Shown here one piece after another: positions 53,354-64,000 of a stretch of 64,000 nt of DNA. The stretch's first letter is position 1, and every line of letters begins with the position of its first letter. This DNA comes from Lytechinus pictus (lineage: Eukaryota). The notes beneath the pieces are model-generated. The model saw only the letters and a program-made list of their open reading frames with translations, was not told where the DNA came from and did no database searches. The stretch spans positions 6,326,001-6,390,000 of the forward strand of contig NC_087246.1 of NCBI RefSeq assembly GCF_037042905.1. The letters run 5' to 3'. The translations under genes were made by a program, and so were the position numbers.

Positions 53354-53930
53354 GGTGTCACGCGCGTAAAACCGATGACCCCGATGACCGGGGTAATAAT
53401 ATGTCTGTCAAGCGCTTAGAGACGTCGTTCCGATGTGTTAAGCGCTATATAAATGCGGAATATTATTATTATTATTATAAAACAATCCCCATAGACTTGT
53501 GTGTTAAAATGGCACTTTTGAAAAATTCATACAAAATAAATGTGAAATTAGAGGGTGGAATGTTTACTACCATTGGATAAGATATATATCTGACATTCCA
53601 TATCTGACCAGGAAAGGGTACCGTAGCCAGCTAATTTAAAAAATAAATCGCCATTTATGAAGATAATTATGAATGGATCAAATTCATCAACTGAAACAGT
53701 AATATAGCCCTAATTCTTCCGTCAGTCAAAAAATAGTTCCAAGTCACTTATTTATCTTCCCAATTTGGGCGAAGGAAGCTCAGTAGTTACCATCCCAAGA
53801 ATCAGAGTTAGATTTTCAATCATTATCATGCACTTTTTTCAATCAGCTATATCAAATTTAAAAAAAATGAATGGGTTGGGTCGAATGAATATCTTATGCC
53901 TTCCTGTTGTAATTAGGCTCATGCAACCTT
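53354..53930 (+). repeat. ~470-bp direct repeat, copy 2 (contains a retro-insertion)
   Basis: Colinear with 50028-50495 apart from a ~110-bp insert. Confidence 0.95.
53373..53477 (+). mobile_element. 5'-truncated SINE/LINE 3' tail with (TAT)n end and taaaac TSD
   Basis: taaaac|cgatgacc...aagcgcttagagac...aagcgctatataaatgcggaatattattattattatta|taaaac; absent from repeat copy 1. Confidence 0.88.
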
Positions 53931-54592
53931 GTATATTATGTAAGGAAAAATTCCAAACCACTCTACCATTTATTCAAACTCGGGGTCATGTACGTCATAC
54001 TTTGCAGCACTGCAGAGTAAATTATTTTTGAAATTGTAGAGGTATTTTTTTTTAATGGTCCATGGAATAATTCCAGTTTATTAGCTTCTTAAAATAACAC
54101 ATCGCAGTTAAAGTGCATATAATGAGAAAAATCAGCTCATACCTACGGCTGATTAATCACCTCTTCATCCATTGTGACGTCAGCGCGCAGAGTGTAAAAT
54201 ATGCGCAGATCATGATGCAAACAAACATAACTGTGGAACGTCTAATTTACCGCGTTCTCACTTAGCTCCAGTTAGACCCGCGAGTCGAGTTTAACTCGCC
54301 TCTTTTTCCCAATGTAAACGGAAATTATCAACCCCGCTAGGCAAGTCTGACTCGCCTTTTCTCCTTTTCTGTCCCAGCAAAAAGGTAGGATTATACCCGC
54401 GAGCTGGGGGAGACACGGCAATTTTTTTTTGCAGTGTGGACAGAAAGCCGAGTCTACCCCGGCAATTGATCGCGAACTTCCGGTGCATGCAAGTCACGGC
54501 AATGTACTACTGGTACATGAACTCTCTTCATCGTACATGCATTCGCGCAGGTCTACTTTTCTTTTCACTTTTGTTTTAAATATTTCACAATA

Positions 54593-54776
54593 ATGCCGAA
54601 AGCTAAGGAAAAAAGACAAACTGTCGAGCGGCACGATCGTGGCAAAAATTGGACAGATGTAGAGGAAGATCTTCTTGTTGACTTTTGGTCACGTGAAGAG
54701 ATAAAAGAAAAATTTGAAATTTGATGGGACTGTGCGAGCTGTGATTGCATAATTATGAAATCGCGAAGCAACTTAA
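54593..54776 (+). pseudogene. remnant of Harbinger Myb/SANT (trihelix-like) DNA-binding protein
   Basis: Translates MPKAKEKRQTVERHDRGKNWTDVEEDLLVDFWSREEIKEKFE, then frameshifts at a 7-bp aaatttg duplication. Shifted frames continue FDGTVRAV and YEIAKQL up to the TTAA insertion. The 'RGKNWT..E...L...W' pattern is typical of this domain. Confidence 0.8.
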
Positions 54777-55336
54777 AGGTCAAGTCCACCCCAGAAACAT
54801 GTTGATTTGAATCAAGAGAGAAAAATCAAATAAGCATAATGCTAAAAATATCATCGAAATCGGATGTAAAATAAAAAAGTTATGCATTTGGAAGTTTCGC
54901 TTATTTTTCAAAAAACAGTTCTATTCACAACTCAGCGACATGCAAATGAGAGAGTCGATATGTCCATCACTCACTATTTCTTTTGTTTATTTATTGTTTG
55001 AATCATGCAATATTTTTTTTTTTACCAATTTGACATTAAGTACCAACTTAACTGAACCATAAAATGTCATAACAATGGTAATACCACTTGTTCAGGGAGG
55101 AATAAAAATTTGTTTCATAGGAAAATGAGGAGAAAATTTGAATATTTCATATAATAAAAACAAAAGAAATAGTGAGTGAGTTATGTCATCAGTTCCCTCA
55201 TTTGTATACCGACCAGGATGTGCATATATCTATTTTGTGAAATTAAGCGAAACTTAAAAATGTCATTGTAACTTTCTTATTTTACAACCGATTTTGATGA
55301 AAATTTTCAGTGTTATGCTTGTTGGATTTTTCTCCT
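54777..55336. mobile_element. TTAA MITE (Kolobok-like), copy 2, nested in the Harbinger element
   Basis: ttaa|aggtcaagtccaccccag ... tttctcct|ttaa. It is an inverted homolog of 48333-48936 with most of the right TIR deleted. Confidence 0.9.
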
Positions 55337-56135
55337 TTAAAGACCATAGGCAAGCGCGCGCCAGAGTTTGTTTGCATTTTTATCGGAACTGACAAGCGAG
55401 GCGAGTTTTCTCCGCGATCTGGGGCTAAATGTGAACGCGAGGGAGACCCTACGAGCCGAGGCTGACTCGCGAGGCGAGTCTGATCCGCGAGCTGGAGCTA
55501 AGTGAGAACGCGGTAAATATTTAGGACACACACCTTTCAATACATATCTATAGCATTTCAATGTTATCTTTAGGATGTGGACGAAATTGAATTACTTTAA
55601 ATAAGTTAAAAACCTTCTTGTATCTACTCGCTAGTCTCTTCCCTTCATTTAACAATGCCTTATTTTGTATTGCATTTTATATTGTGTATTGATGATTTCT
55701 TTTTGTCTTACAGACGTATCCAGTTACAGGCTCCTGCTTCCTAGGATCTATGCCTACTTCTCATCACTTTACATTCTTTACTTTGTGCTATAATTGTTTT
55801 ATATGTTTTGTATTCATATAAAAGAACTCAAATCGCAAAAAAAGACAGATTAAAGTTTTTAAAGGTGGAATATTTTAAGGTATGTTACTTCTATGTATGC
55901 CTTTATTCATCACCAGTACAAATAATATTTTAACTTTAAACACCTTTAAATACTATAATATATATTCATAATTTTATTCTATTTTGTTATTGATATCACT
56001 GTATGAACATGCCTCAATAATGTTGAAAAGGTTTTACTTCATTTTCATTAGGAAAACTTATACTCTTACCATGCTTACATAGACAATACGCATTTGAAGA
56101 ACAACTTTATACATGCACTGGAGCTCAGATTTATA

Positions 56136-56368
56136 CACACTTAAAATGTTAGGCAACATACTGTCCACTGTGTTGGATAATGTATGTTGGTAAACAAATT
56201 ATATATATTATGTGGAATTATTGTCAAATTGAGCAAATTTATAACCAAATTAGTTTTTATTACCAAAATTTGACAAATTTTTACCAATAGCTGTGTGGAC
56301 AGTATGTTGCCGAATGCCCAGTGATGGTTAAAAATTTCGCTTTTTTTTTGCCCAAGATTGTACGGAGA
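56136..56368. mobile_element. CAC-ended MITE, homolog of 27218-27435
   Basis: cacacttaaaatgttaggcaacatactgtccactgtgttgg... aligns to the reverse complement of 27218-27435. Confidence 0.8.
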
Positions 56369-59300
56369 TATTCAGCTTCCCCAAGTTCCTAAACCTATTT
56401 TCCTCGCATGTTGAATTAACCTCATTCTCACTGCCCATTATAAGATGCAAACAGGAGTGGATTCGTAACACTACCCAGTTTGACGGCAAACTGATCTGAT
56501 TTCATTATATTAAACAAAAGTTAAAATAGGTGGAGATTCTGGCATTTTCAGGACTTCAGTTTCTGATGAACTGATTAACTGAATCTCAGAGGGTCTTTTC
56601 AATACAACGAGAATAGAGGGAACATTGTGTACATGTACACCGTTTGAATACTGCATACTTCAGTTTATACATGTTATTGTAATACATGTACAGCTCCAAT
56701 AAAACACATGATCATTGTTAGTGATCAGTAAATTTTTTATGTATAATCACATTACCAAACATTAGCGACACGAATAAAACGATATAATGTTTGAAATTCA
56801 TTCAATTAATCTACATGTATGAAAATGTAATGAAGAGAGAAAAATAACTTCTATCACCATTTTGTGTAAAATGGCTGAACGATTCTCTAAACGCCGCATT
56901 TGGCATACGACATAAAAGATATGTGGGCAGAGAGGGTTTGCGTCTGACTGCCCTTATGCTTGATACAATGTTTCGATTCAATGCAAAACATTTTTATCAA
57001 CAAGATCTTACGGGTCGTCATTGTGTCTATGCCCCTATACGAACGAACTTTTATGTCTGACTAGTTTTTCTACCTTTATATATCCATACGTCGTATGAAT
57101 ATACAACAATTTGATGCATCTGACAGCAGGAATAGTAGAAGGTCCGAATTATTCAACGGCTTCATGTTTATTTTTTGGCCGAATTGAAAAAAAGGAGAAA
57201 TTCTTCACGATTATAAAGACGAGTCTGTGTTTTAATTAAGCGGCTGTGAAATTGTTCCTGAAGCTGTGTTCGAGATCATTTTAGTTGGGTCTTTGTTTGG
57301 TTACACGTAGAGTGACACCGACTTCCGTCTTTTAATATTAGAAACCTTTAGGATGCGCTTTAGGCCATCTCACTCAATAGAAATATTGAAATATCCCAAA
57401 TGTATGTCTCCTCCCCCGTAATGATTTTCAAAGTACAACGTGTTGCAAACAAAATTCCAGTCAAACAACAAAAAATGCATCATCATAATCATAATTTCGT
57501 CGATTTAGTTTGCTTCCAAAAGCAATGAACTTACAAGAATACATGTATATTGAGATTTTCTTATCAATATCCAATTGTTCTTCATAATTATATTGCCTGG
57601 TTTTATATATATATATATAAAAAAACATATTCTGAAGCTTCTTTCCAACCATCTCCACCATGAAAACTTGCCACAATACTTTGGGAATAGACACTTATTT
57701 ATTATTAAGAATCAGAAACTAAGTTTTATTTCTTGGGGTGATTGTTTCCGGTCAATTATTTGCTTGTTATTATCGTTTTTACAAAGTATAATACAATGAT
57801 CAAGTAAGTTTACCGTGATTTTAATGTGCATTTTTATATCAATCTTAATTCTTCTCATATTTGCAGGTTCGTAATGGCCACCACCTTCCCTTCCTGGAAA
57901 TACATAGGAATAAAATTTAATAAACAAGATGCAGAGCAAATGCCGCTTAAAAAAGTCATTATAATAAGCTTGGTTTTATTAAACAAAAAGTATTATTTAT
58001 CAAAGTAAGGAAAACAATTGTAATACAAGAAGAAAGTATATGCTAAATCAAAAACTGATTAAATAATTCAAACAAATAAAAAAATAAAAAAATTAATTGA
58101 ATAAAGAGAATTTCACTCAATAACTTTCCGGTCATGTCTTCATATCAACGAATCGTTTTTGATACATGGTCTAAAGTGTAGTCATGGTAGTATTAGAAAA
58201 TAATGCACCAATGAATATTAATCAATATACACATTCTGCAAAACTGAAGTTGTTTCCATTTTTAACACACACCCTGTAAAAAAGAGTACTTGTGACCTAG
58301 GTATGAGTTCAGGCCAATAGGATGGTCAGATATCCTATAGAGAGCTTGAAACAGGTGGCAAATGACCCAATTCAAGCCTAACACCAAAGCTGCCCCCCCC
58401 CCCCCGCACACACCTCATGCACACACTCATGCATAAGCAATACACGTATGTGTGGTTTTAGTGTGTCTCTATGACTGGAAACAACGTATCTCGTCATGTT
58501 AAACACAACCTGAACTTGATTTACCAGTCTGATAACGAGTCAATCCCAGCTGACTCAAAAAAGCAGAATCAAAGATAATATATAAAAAGAGCATCTTCGG
58601 CATGAATGTATAACACAGTAAAAATGACTTTTCAATATTTTTATGCAACACTGTTTGTGATATAAAAAAAACTGTTTAAAATCGTAAACAAATTTTATTT
58701 TTTTATATTTGATTATCAATAGATTAGGCGTGGTTAATTAAGCTGTTAAACAACTACTGTGCGGTTCATATAACAAGCAGCGTTGTATAAAATTTTACAG
58801 CGCTTTTACTGCATAACACACCTTGAATAAATATTCAATTTCCTTTTAAACAAGTACAAGTAAAAATCAATATTGTGTTTTTTCCACTAGGTACAATTAA
58901 AAAAATATATATGAAAATAAAAAAAATTTGTATTTTGTATTTCAAACTTACCCTCTCATAGAGAATATGGCTAAACAAAAAGAAAAATCACCAAAGATTG
59001 ATTCTCATCAGGTCCTATTAACATTGGTATTCAGAATGAAAAACACAGAATATGCAGATTGAAAACTATCTTGGGTTTTCAGCTCAACAATGATAATGAT
59101 GATGATACAAAAGCTGGTTATGGAAATTTGCCAAATTAACTAGACATGCTATATGAGGATCGTAATGTCGCAAACTGAACCGTTCGGTTGGCTGTATAAG
59201 AAACAAGAGACGTCTGCAGTAGAAGAAGCCCGCTTTAGGTAAGATAAACTGTCATAGTGTTTATAAAGGAATTCTTCAAGCTGTTTTTATTTGCTTTTTT

Positions 59301-59558
59301 TTATATTATTTCCATTTTACCAGTCCAGCGAGGGTCAAGCAAGGGTTGCACTCAGGGTCACTTAAAAACAATATGAAGTTCAGCATGACTGGAGTCAAGA
59401 TTCCGAAAATTCACAATTCAAAGGATTGCGGGAGATCAAACTGAGGTTATAATATAAAGGCTGACGTCCTCAGTGGGAAATGAATTTTAGCATCGTCATT
59501 TTGTCTACATATTGATGTATTAGTCTTATTTTAAACTACCATAATTATACACATGATG

Positions 59559-59748
59559 CAGGCGCGAATCCAGATTTGGACTTTAACTGGGATTTGATTT
59601 GTCCAAAATTGTGTCTAAAAAGTTTTTTAAGCAAAAAGAACCAAATGGTCATCGCTCATTTTGATGGGTGTGAAATTAATTGATTTGATTTTCAAATTTA
59701 CGGGGTTCGCCAAGTCCCCCCCCCCCCCCCACCCTGGATCCGCGCCTG
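59559..59748. mobile_element. short CAG-ended MITE
   Basis: caggcgcgaatccag ... ctggatccgcgcctg 15-bp TIR (1 mismatch) with a poly-C subterminus. No clear TSD. Confidence 0.7.
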
Positions 59749-61321
59749 TGAGATACATGTATATGCACACTCTTCATTCTCTCTCAGCTAATCTGTCTCT
59801 TTTTCCGGTCACTTCCACTATGGCTGTCTCTCTTCTTCTCTCTCTGCGACTCACGTTCTCTCTTTACATGTTCTGACTCTTATCTCTCTCTCTCTCTTCA
59901 TCCATCCTCGTCAACTCCCCTGTTATCATGAGAACTACTATTTTCTTTATGAATGGGTCGTTCAAATCGCTGCCAATGAATACTCCGGAGAGCAGATGAA
60001 TCCAACAGTTATCATCTCAAACTATTTCTACTGTTTCATTTCATTGGAAGATGCCTCATCTTGTTTTTAGTCGTGTGTGTGAATAAATGGAGCAGAAAAC
60101 GATCCATTGATATACTTCTATAAGATTTTAATATGTGATTTATATGAAAATGAAATTTAAAAAAATGATAATAAAAATGATAATGTACCAAACCGTAACA
60201 TAAGAGTTCTTTTTTACATGATAAACACTAAATCATTTTTACCTTGAACTGATGTTTGAAAATTGTCGCAATTAATCATGTTTCATCTCCTTTCAAGCAT
60301 GTCTAAAGAATATTTCACGATAATCATTATGAAGGGACATGAGAGAGCAAGAGAAAGCACGAGTGAGAAAGAGAGAGAAAGGGAGTTAGTGAGTGAGTGT
60401 GACATGAGAAGAGATGTTAGAGATGATGGAGGAGAAAGAAGAGAGAGGGAAAGAGAGTGGAATAAGGTTAAGATAGGGAGGTGGACAGAGGTGGGGATGG
60501 GAACAGTTTTGGTGATATGGAAACGAATGACAGAAATAATTGAACATTTTAAAAATAGTAGTAGGGGACGGGGAGGGACACATCGAACAGAGAAATAAAA
60601 TCAAATTATGAGACCAGACAATACTCAGATTCAAATTCTTCCCTCTATATGGCCTACACATACAGTCGTTCAAAATGATTCTACGATGAACTTCAATCAT
60701 CAAGTGCATTATCTTGATTGCTTGCGATAGAGCAAGATGATATGCGTGGCATAACTGATGAACAGTATACTGATGATGTCACAACGGAGCAAGATGATAA
60801 GAATGCCTCCTGCTACAGCCATTCAACGAAAATTTCCATTGAATGCTTTTTGAAAGTTCTTCAATTCATTTCAGAGGTTGACGATATTGAATTGGATTCA
60901 ACATTTATTTTCTTCCGATTGACATTACACAGGTTACATCCAATTTCACATAAAATAAACAAATCAGTAATAAAGTAATATAACAATAAATGTAAATACG
61001 TATACAAATTATGTACAGTATAGTAAGCTATAATCGTTCATTCCCCTCTAATTTACATCTATTGTTCATTATATCTAAAGTATATTTGCGGTTTACACTA
61101 AATATTTAAAGGAAATCATAATTTATCACCGTGCCCATGCCACTTTTATCATACTAGTACATATCAACATTAAGTGTAGTTTGCACTTTATGAGTTGAAA
61201 CGATAAAATGGAAACTATAGTCACTTAATACTGATATAAATATTTAGATAATAGAATAGGTATATAAAAAAGCCTGCTCGAAAACAATAAATGTATTTTT
61301 TCTTTCATTTTTTTGTACTTT

Positions 61322-61585
61322 TGATAATATATAGCATTTATGAGGCGCCGATTATCTATTTGTCTATTCAATGGCGCATTATATATTACTTTAGCTCCAG
61401 CTGCTAAAGGCGATCTGCACATTCAATGAATAATCCTGCAGGGTACCCATTCACCTCACCTGGGTCGAGTGCAGCACAATGTGGATAAATTTCTTGCTGA
61501 AGGAAAATACACCATGGCTGGGATTCGAATCTACGTCCCTCTGATTGAAAGACGACAGTCGTAACCACTAGACCACGACGCCCCC
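61322..61585 (-). mobile_element. tRNA-derived SINE, family C (SURF1-like)
   Basis: Minus strand reads gggggcgtcgtggtctagtggtta (A box) ... agattcgaatcc (B box), central gcactcgacccaggtg..aatgggtacc, and tail ggcgcctcataaatgctatatattat. Confidence 0.87.
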
Positions 61586-61684
61586 ACACTTTTGTAAATT
61601 AACTTCGTTATGAATGGTAATGTATTTGCATGCTCCCTTTCCAAAGTTTATCCTATTTTCCTAGCATAGCATAGTGCACAGTAA

Positions 61685-62051
61685 CGTTTTTGTAACTTTC
61701 TTTTATCATTTGAAACTGTTGAACATACCATAGCACAAATGAAATGCAAATTAGAAAAACATGATTGCAAGTGGGCTATCATTCTGAATACTTTAAAGAG
61801 GCGATAAAGCAGAAGGCTGTTTTTGTTATGTTTATTTATTTTTCTATATAGGCCAAGTGCCTGATTTTTTTTGGTGTTGTTGTAAACAAACATATATGTT
61901 TTTTTATTTTATACTATTTTGTATGTTAGAGATGCTATTTTATATGCCAACGTCATATCTGAACTTTTATATGTGATCCATTATATCATGAATGTTTTGT
62001 TATGTATATTTTGATGAAAAGGATCAATAAAACATGAATTACAAAAAAAAA
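61685..62051 (+). mobile_element. 5'-truncated L1/Tx1-clade LINE insertion with polyA tail and 14-bp TSD
   Basis: TSD atagtgcacagtaa at 61671-61684 and 62052-62065, with aataaa plus an A-tail. 61685-61807 translates RFCNFLLSFETVEHTIAQMKCKLEKHDCKWAIILNTLKRR*, matching the 'E..IA....KL..H..KW' end of Tx1-type ORF2. Confidence 0.88.
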
Positions 62052-62484
62052 ATAGTGCACAGTAAGATAAAGTCGATATTCGTATTGGCTAGATAATAAC
62101 AACTACAATGATGATAACAAATAAACCTATGATTTTCTAACATATCTCCAAATCTGAAATAACTAAAAGATAGACAAACATTGCTTTGGCAATTTGTATG
62201 AATTCTACATCAATCCTTCAATCATGTCAATACTGTTGTTATGACTATATTGAGTACACCACTGGAGGGCGGTGGATATAGTTTCCCCAAAGAGATTGCT
62301 TTAGCTTTTTTTACAATTAACAAAAGACATATTTGTTTATCCACATATCTTTCACGAAATTTGATGACTGTAATAATCACCTGAACATCCACTCTTTCAC
62401 CAAGATTCTTGTACTATTTTTTTCTGGTTTGGTGTTTACGAATGCCAAATCCACGTCCTAATACTCTTTTGGTTTGTCTTCTGT

Positions 62485-62541
62485 TACTACTACTACTATC
62501 TTCTGTTTACTACTATTATTACTACTACTACTACTACTACT

Positions 62542-62580
<39 letters not shown>

Positions 62581-62692
62581 TCTTCTACTACTACTACTAC
62601 TACTACTTCTACTACTACTTCTACTACTACTACTACTACTACTACTACCACTACTACTACTACTACTACTTCTATATTACTACTACTACTTC
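62485..62692. repeat. (CTA)n microsatellite
   Basis: Directly visible; it explains the poly-Tyr and poly-Leu ORFs. Confidence 0.98.
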
Positions 62693-64000
62693 TAGTACAA
62701 CGAGAACAGTTGTGTAAGAGAGTGGTATGTTATTGCAATGGTTTGTTGACATTTGGAATAAATCACTGTAGATGCTGATTTATTAGGAAACTGGTAAACA
62801 TTGAAACTTTCTGAGATGGTAATAATTTTCTCACTCTTTGGTTAATGACGATTTTTGATATATCTTTATACAATGTATCTTCAACCCAAAATAGCAATAG
62901 TTTTTGTTGTTGTTCTATTGAAATAAACATGATTCCCCTAGTAGTGTGACGTATTCCTTTAAGGACGATAAGACGTTTTTTTCATTAATTATATTACTAG
63001 TCACTATGTCGTCATGCCATCCCTACAAAGGCTGCCTTGGGGATCAAAATATATAAAGAAATGAAATTGCCCTTGGTCTTTAATGACGGGGTTTTAATTA
63101 ATCCAACCCCCTTATATCCAGGCTCCATTTCTCAATCTGAAATGCTAGCGGGGACGCGTATACTGGAGACAGTTCTGCTTCCTATGCCAAATGATACATA
63201 AATGGATCTATCCACTCTGTTATAAAGCTGTGTGAACCACGTCTCTTGCTGAATTCCTTTGTTCCCCCCCCCCTCCTCCTTTTCCAATTCCCCATCACAA
63301 AAGTTCACCTTCTCTCACCTTTTCCCTACCCAAATGCTGAGGGTTTTTTTCTTCTTCTGCTTCCTTCTCTCTGCGTCACCCACCTCCCCCCCCCCCTCCC
63401 TCCTTTCCTACCTGTCTCTCCCATCCGCCATGTCCACTATTTTTTATCCTTGAAATACAGGTGTTTCATGAACCGATGCTGCAGTCTCGCTTGCAGGAGA
63501 AAAACAATACGCCTTTTGATTTCATACAACCCCAAAGTAAAACGCCAATAGTAGCTTGCTATCTTCCGAACTTTATACCTGTATCTTGTAACACGGCTGG
63601 CTTATATCTCTCGCTTACACATGGCCATGAAAATAACAATTTACTTTTACACTGTCTTGATGGTAATGAATAGTTTCTATTGTTCCTATCACTTCTTCTG
63701 TTGTGTTATCATTTTTTTTTGTATTTCAACTTTATTATTATTAAGTAAAATTCATGAAGAGAAACATCTCATTACGTCATCACATTTAAGAACGTACCCT
63801 TCTCTCCTGAAAGTTTTGCAAGTCGATGTCCTTGTTACGTCATACGGATAATACTTGTACTTTCCATCTACACATTGCTACCATCTGTTAAGATTAAAGG
63901 TGGCGTATTATACAAAGACAGCTACAGATTTGTGTCTGTCGATTGACATTCAATCTGCTTTTATCATATCATAGCGCATGAAAAGATATTTCTGAACTTA

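Larger units (their letters stand above)
49461..54243. mobile_element. TTAA-type (Kolobok-like) non-autonomous element expanded by internal duplication and nested insertions
   Basis: Left end ttaa|ggacattccacagtt; right end aactgtggaacgtc(taa), an imperfect reverse complement. Internal ccatg.cattttcac.aaactttgca repeats at about 49487 and 49859. Confidence 0.65.
54247..55516 (+). mobile_element. PIF/Harbinger deletion derivative
   Basis: TIR taccgcgttctcacttagctccag / ctggagctaagtgagaacgcggta; contains a Myb/SANT-like ORF remnant. The TSD is not clean. Confidence 0.88.

Noticed and set aside
50028..53930. LTR retrotransposon flanked by 470-bp LTRs
   Set aside because: There is no PBS, no gag/pol and no flanking TSD. 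Homology extends beyond TG..CA and the repeat sits inside a TIR element.
62409..62717. poly-Tyr / poly-Leu ORFs
   Set aside because: They are translations of (CTA)n.

Overview
This is AT-rich animal genomic DNA. The repeat families suggest an echinoderm such as a sea urchin, which is an inference from repeat style. I can support no intact protein-coding gene: the listed ORFs are short, microsatellite-derived or transposon remnants. The window reads as a gene desert or large intron full of non-autonomous DNA transposons: CAC-ended elements with 2-bp TSDs, Harbinger-like elements with 3-bp TSDs, TTAA/Kolobok-like and Tc1/mariner-like elements, and a Helentron/pearl-like element carrying a ~155-bp satellite. 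It also holds four tRNA-derived SINEs, LINE 3' ends, and micro- and minisatellites. The most striking structure is a nested complex at about 48.3-55.5 kb. A TTAA element there contains a ~470-bp internal direct duplication that brackets a 1.86-kb foldback palindrome with an 8-bp TSD. Next to it is a Harbinger derivative whose Myb/SANT-like ORF remnant is interrupted by a TTAA MITE. GC-richer unique islands carry candidate regulatory motifs (a perfect IR3 nuclear-receptor element, DR2, TCF, CTCF-like) and a few weak exon candidates. I found no convincing novel biological system beyond these transposon architectures. All alignments were done by eye.
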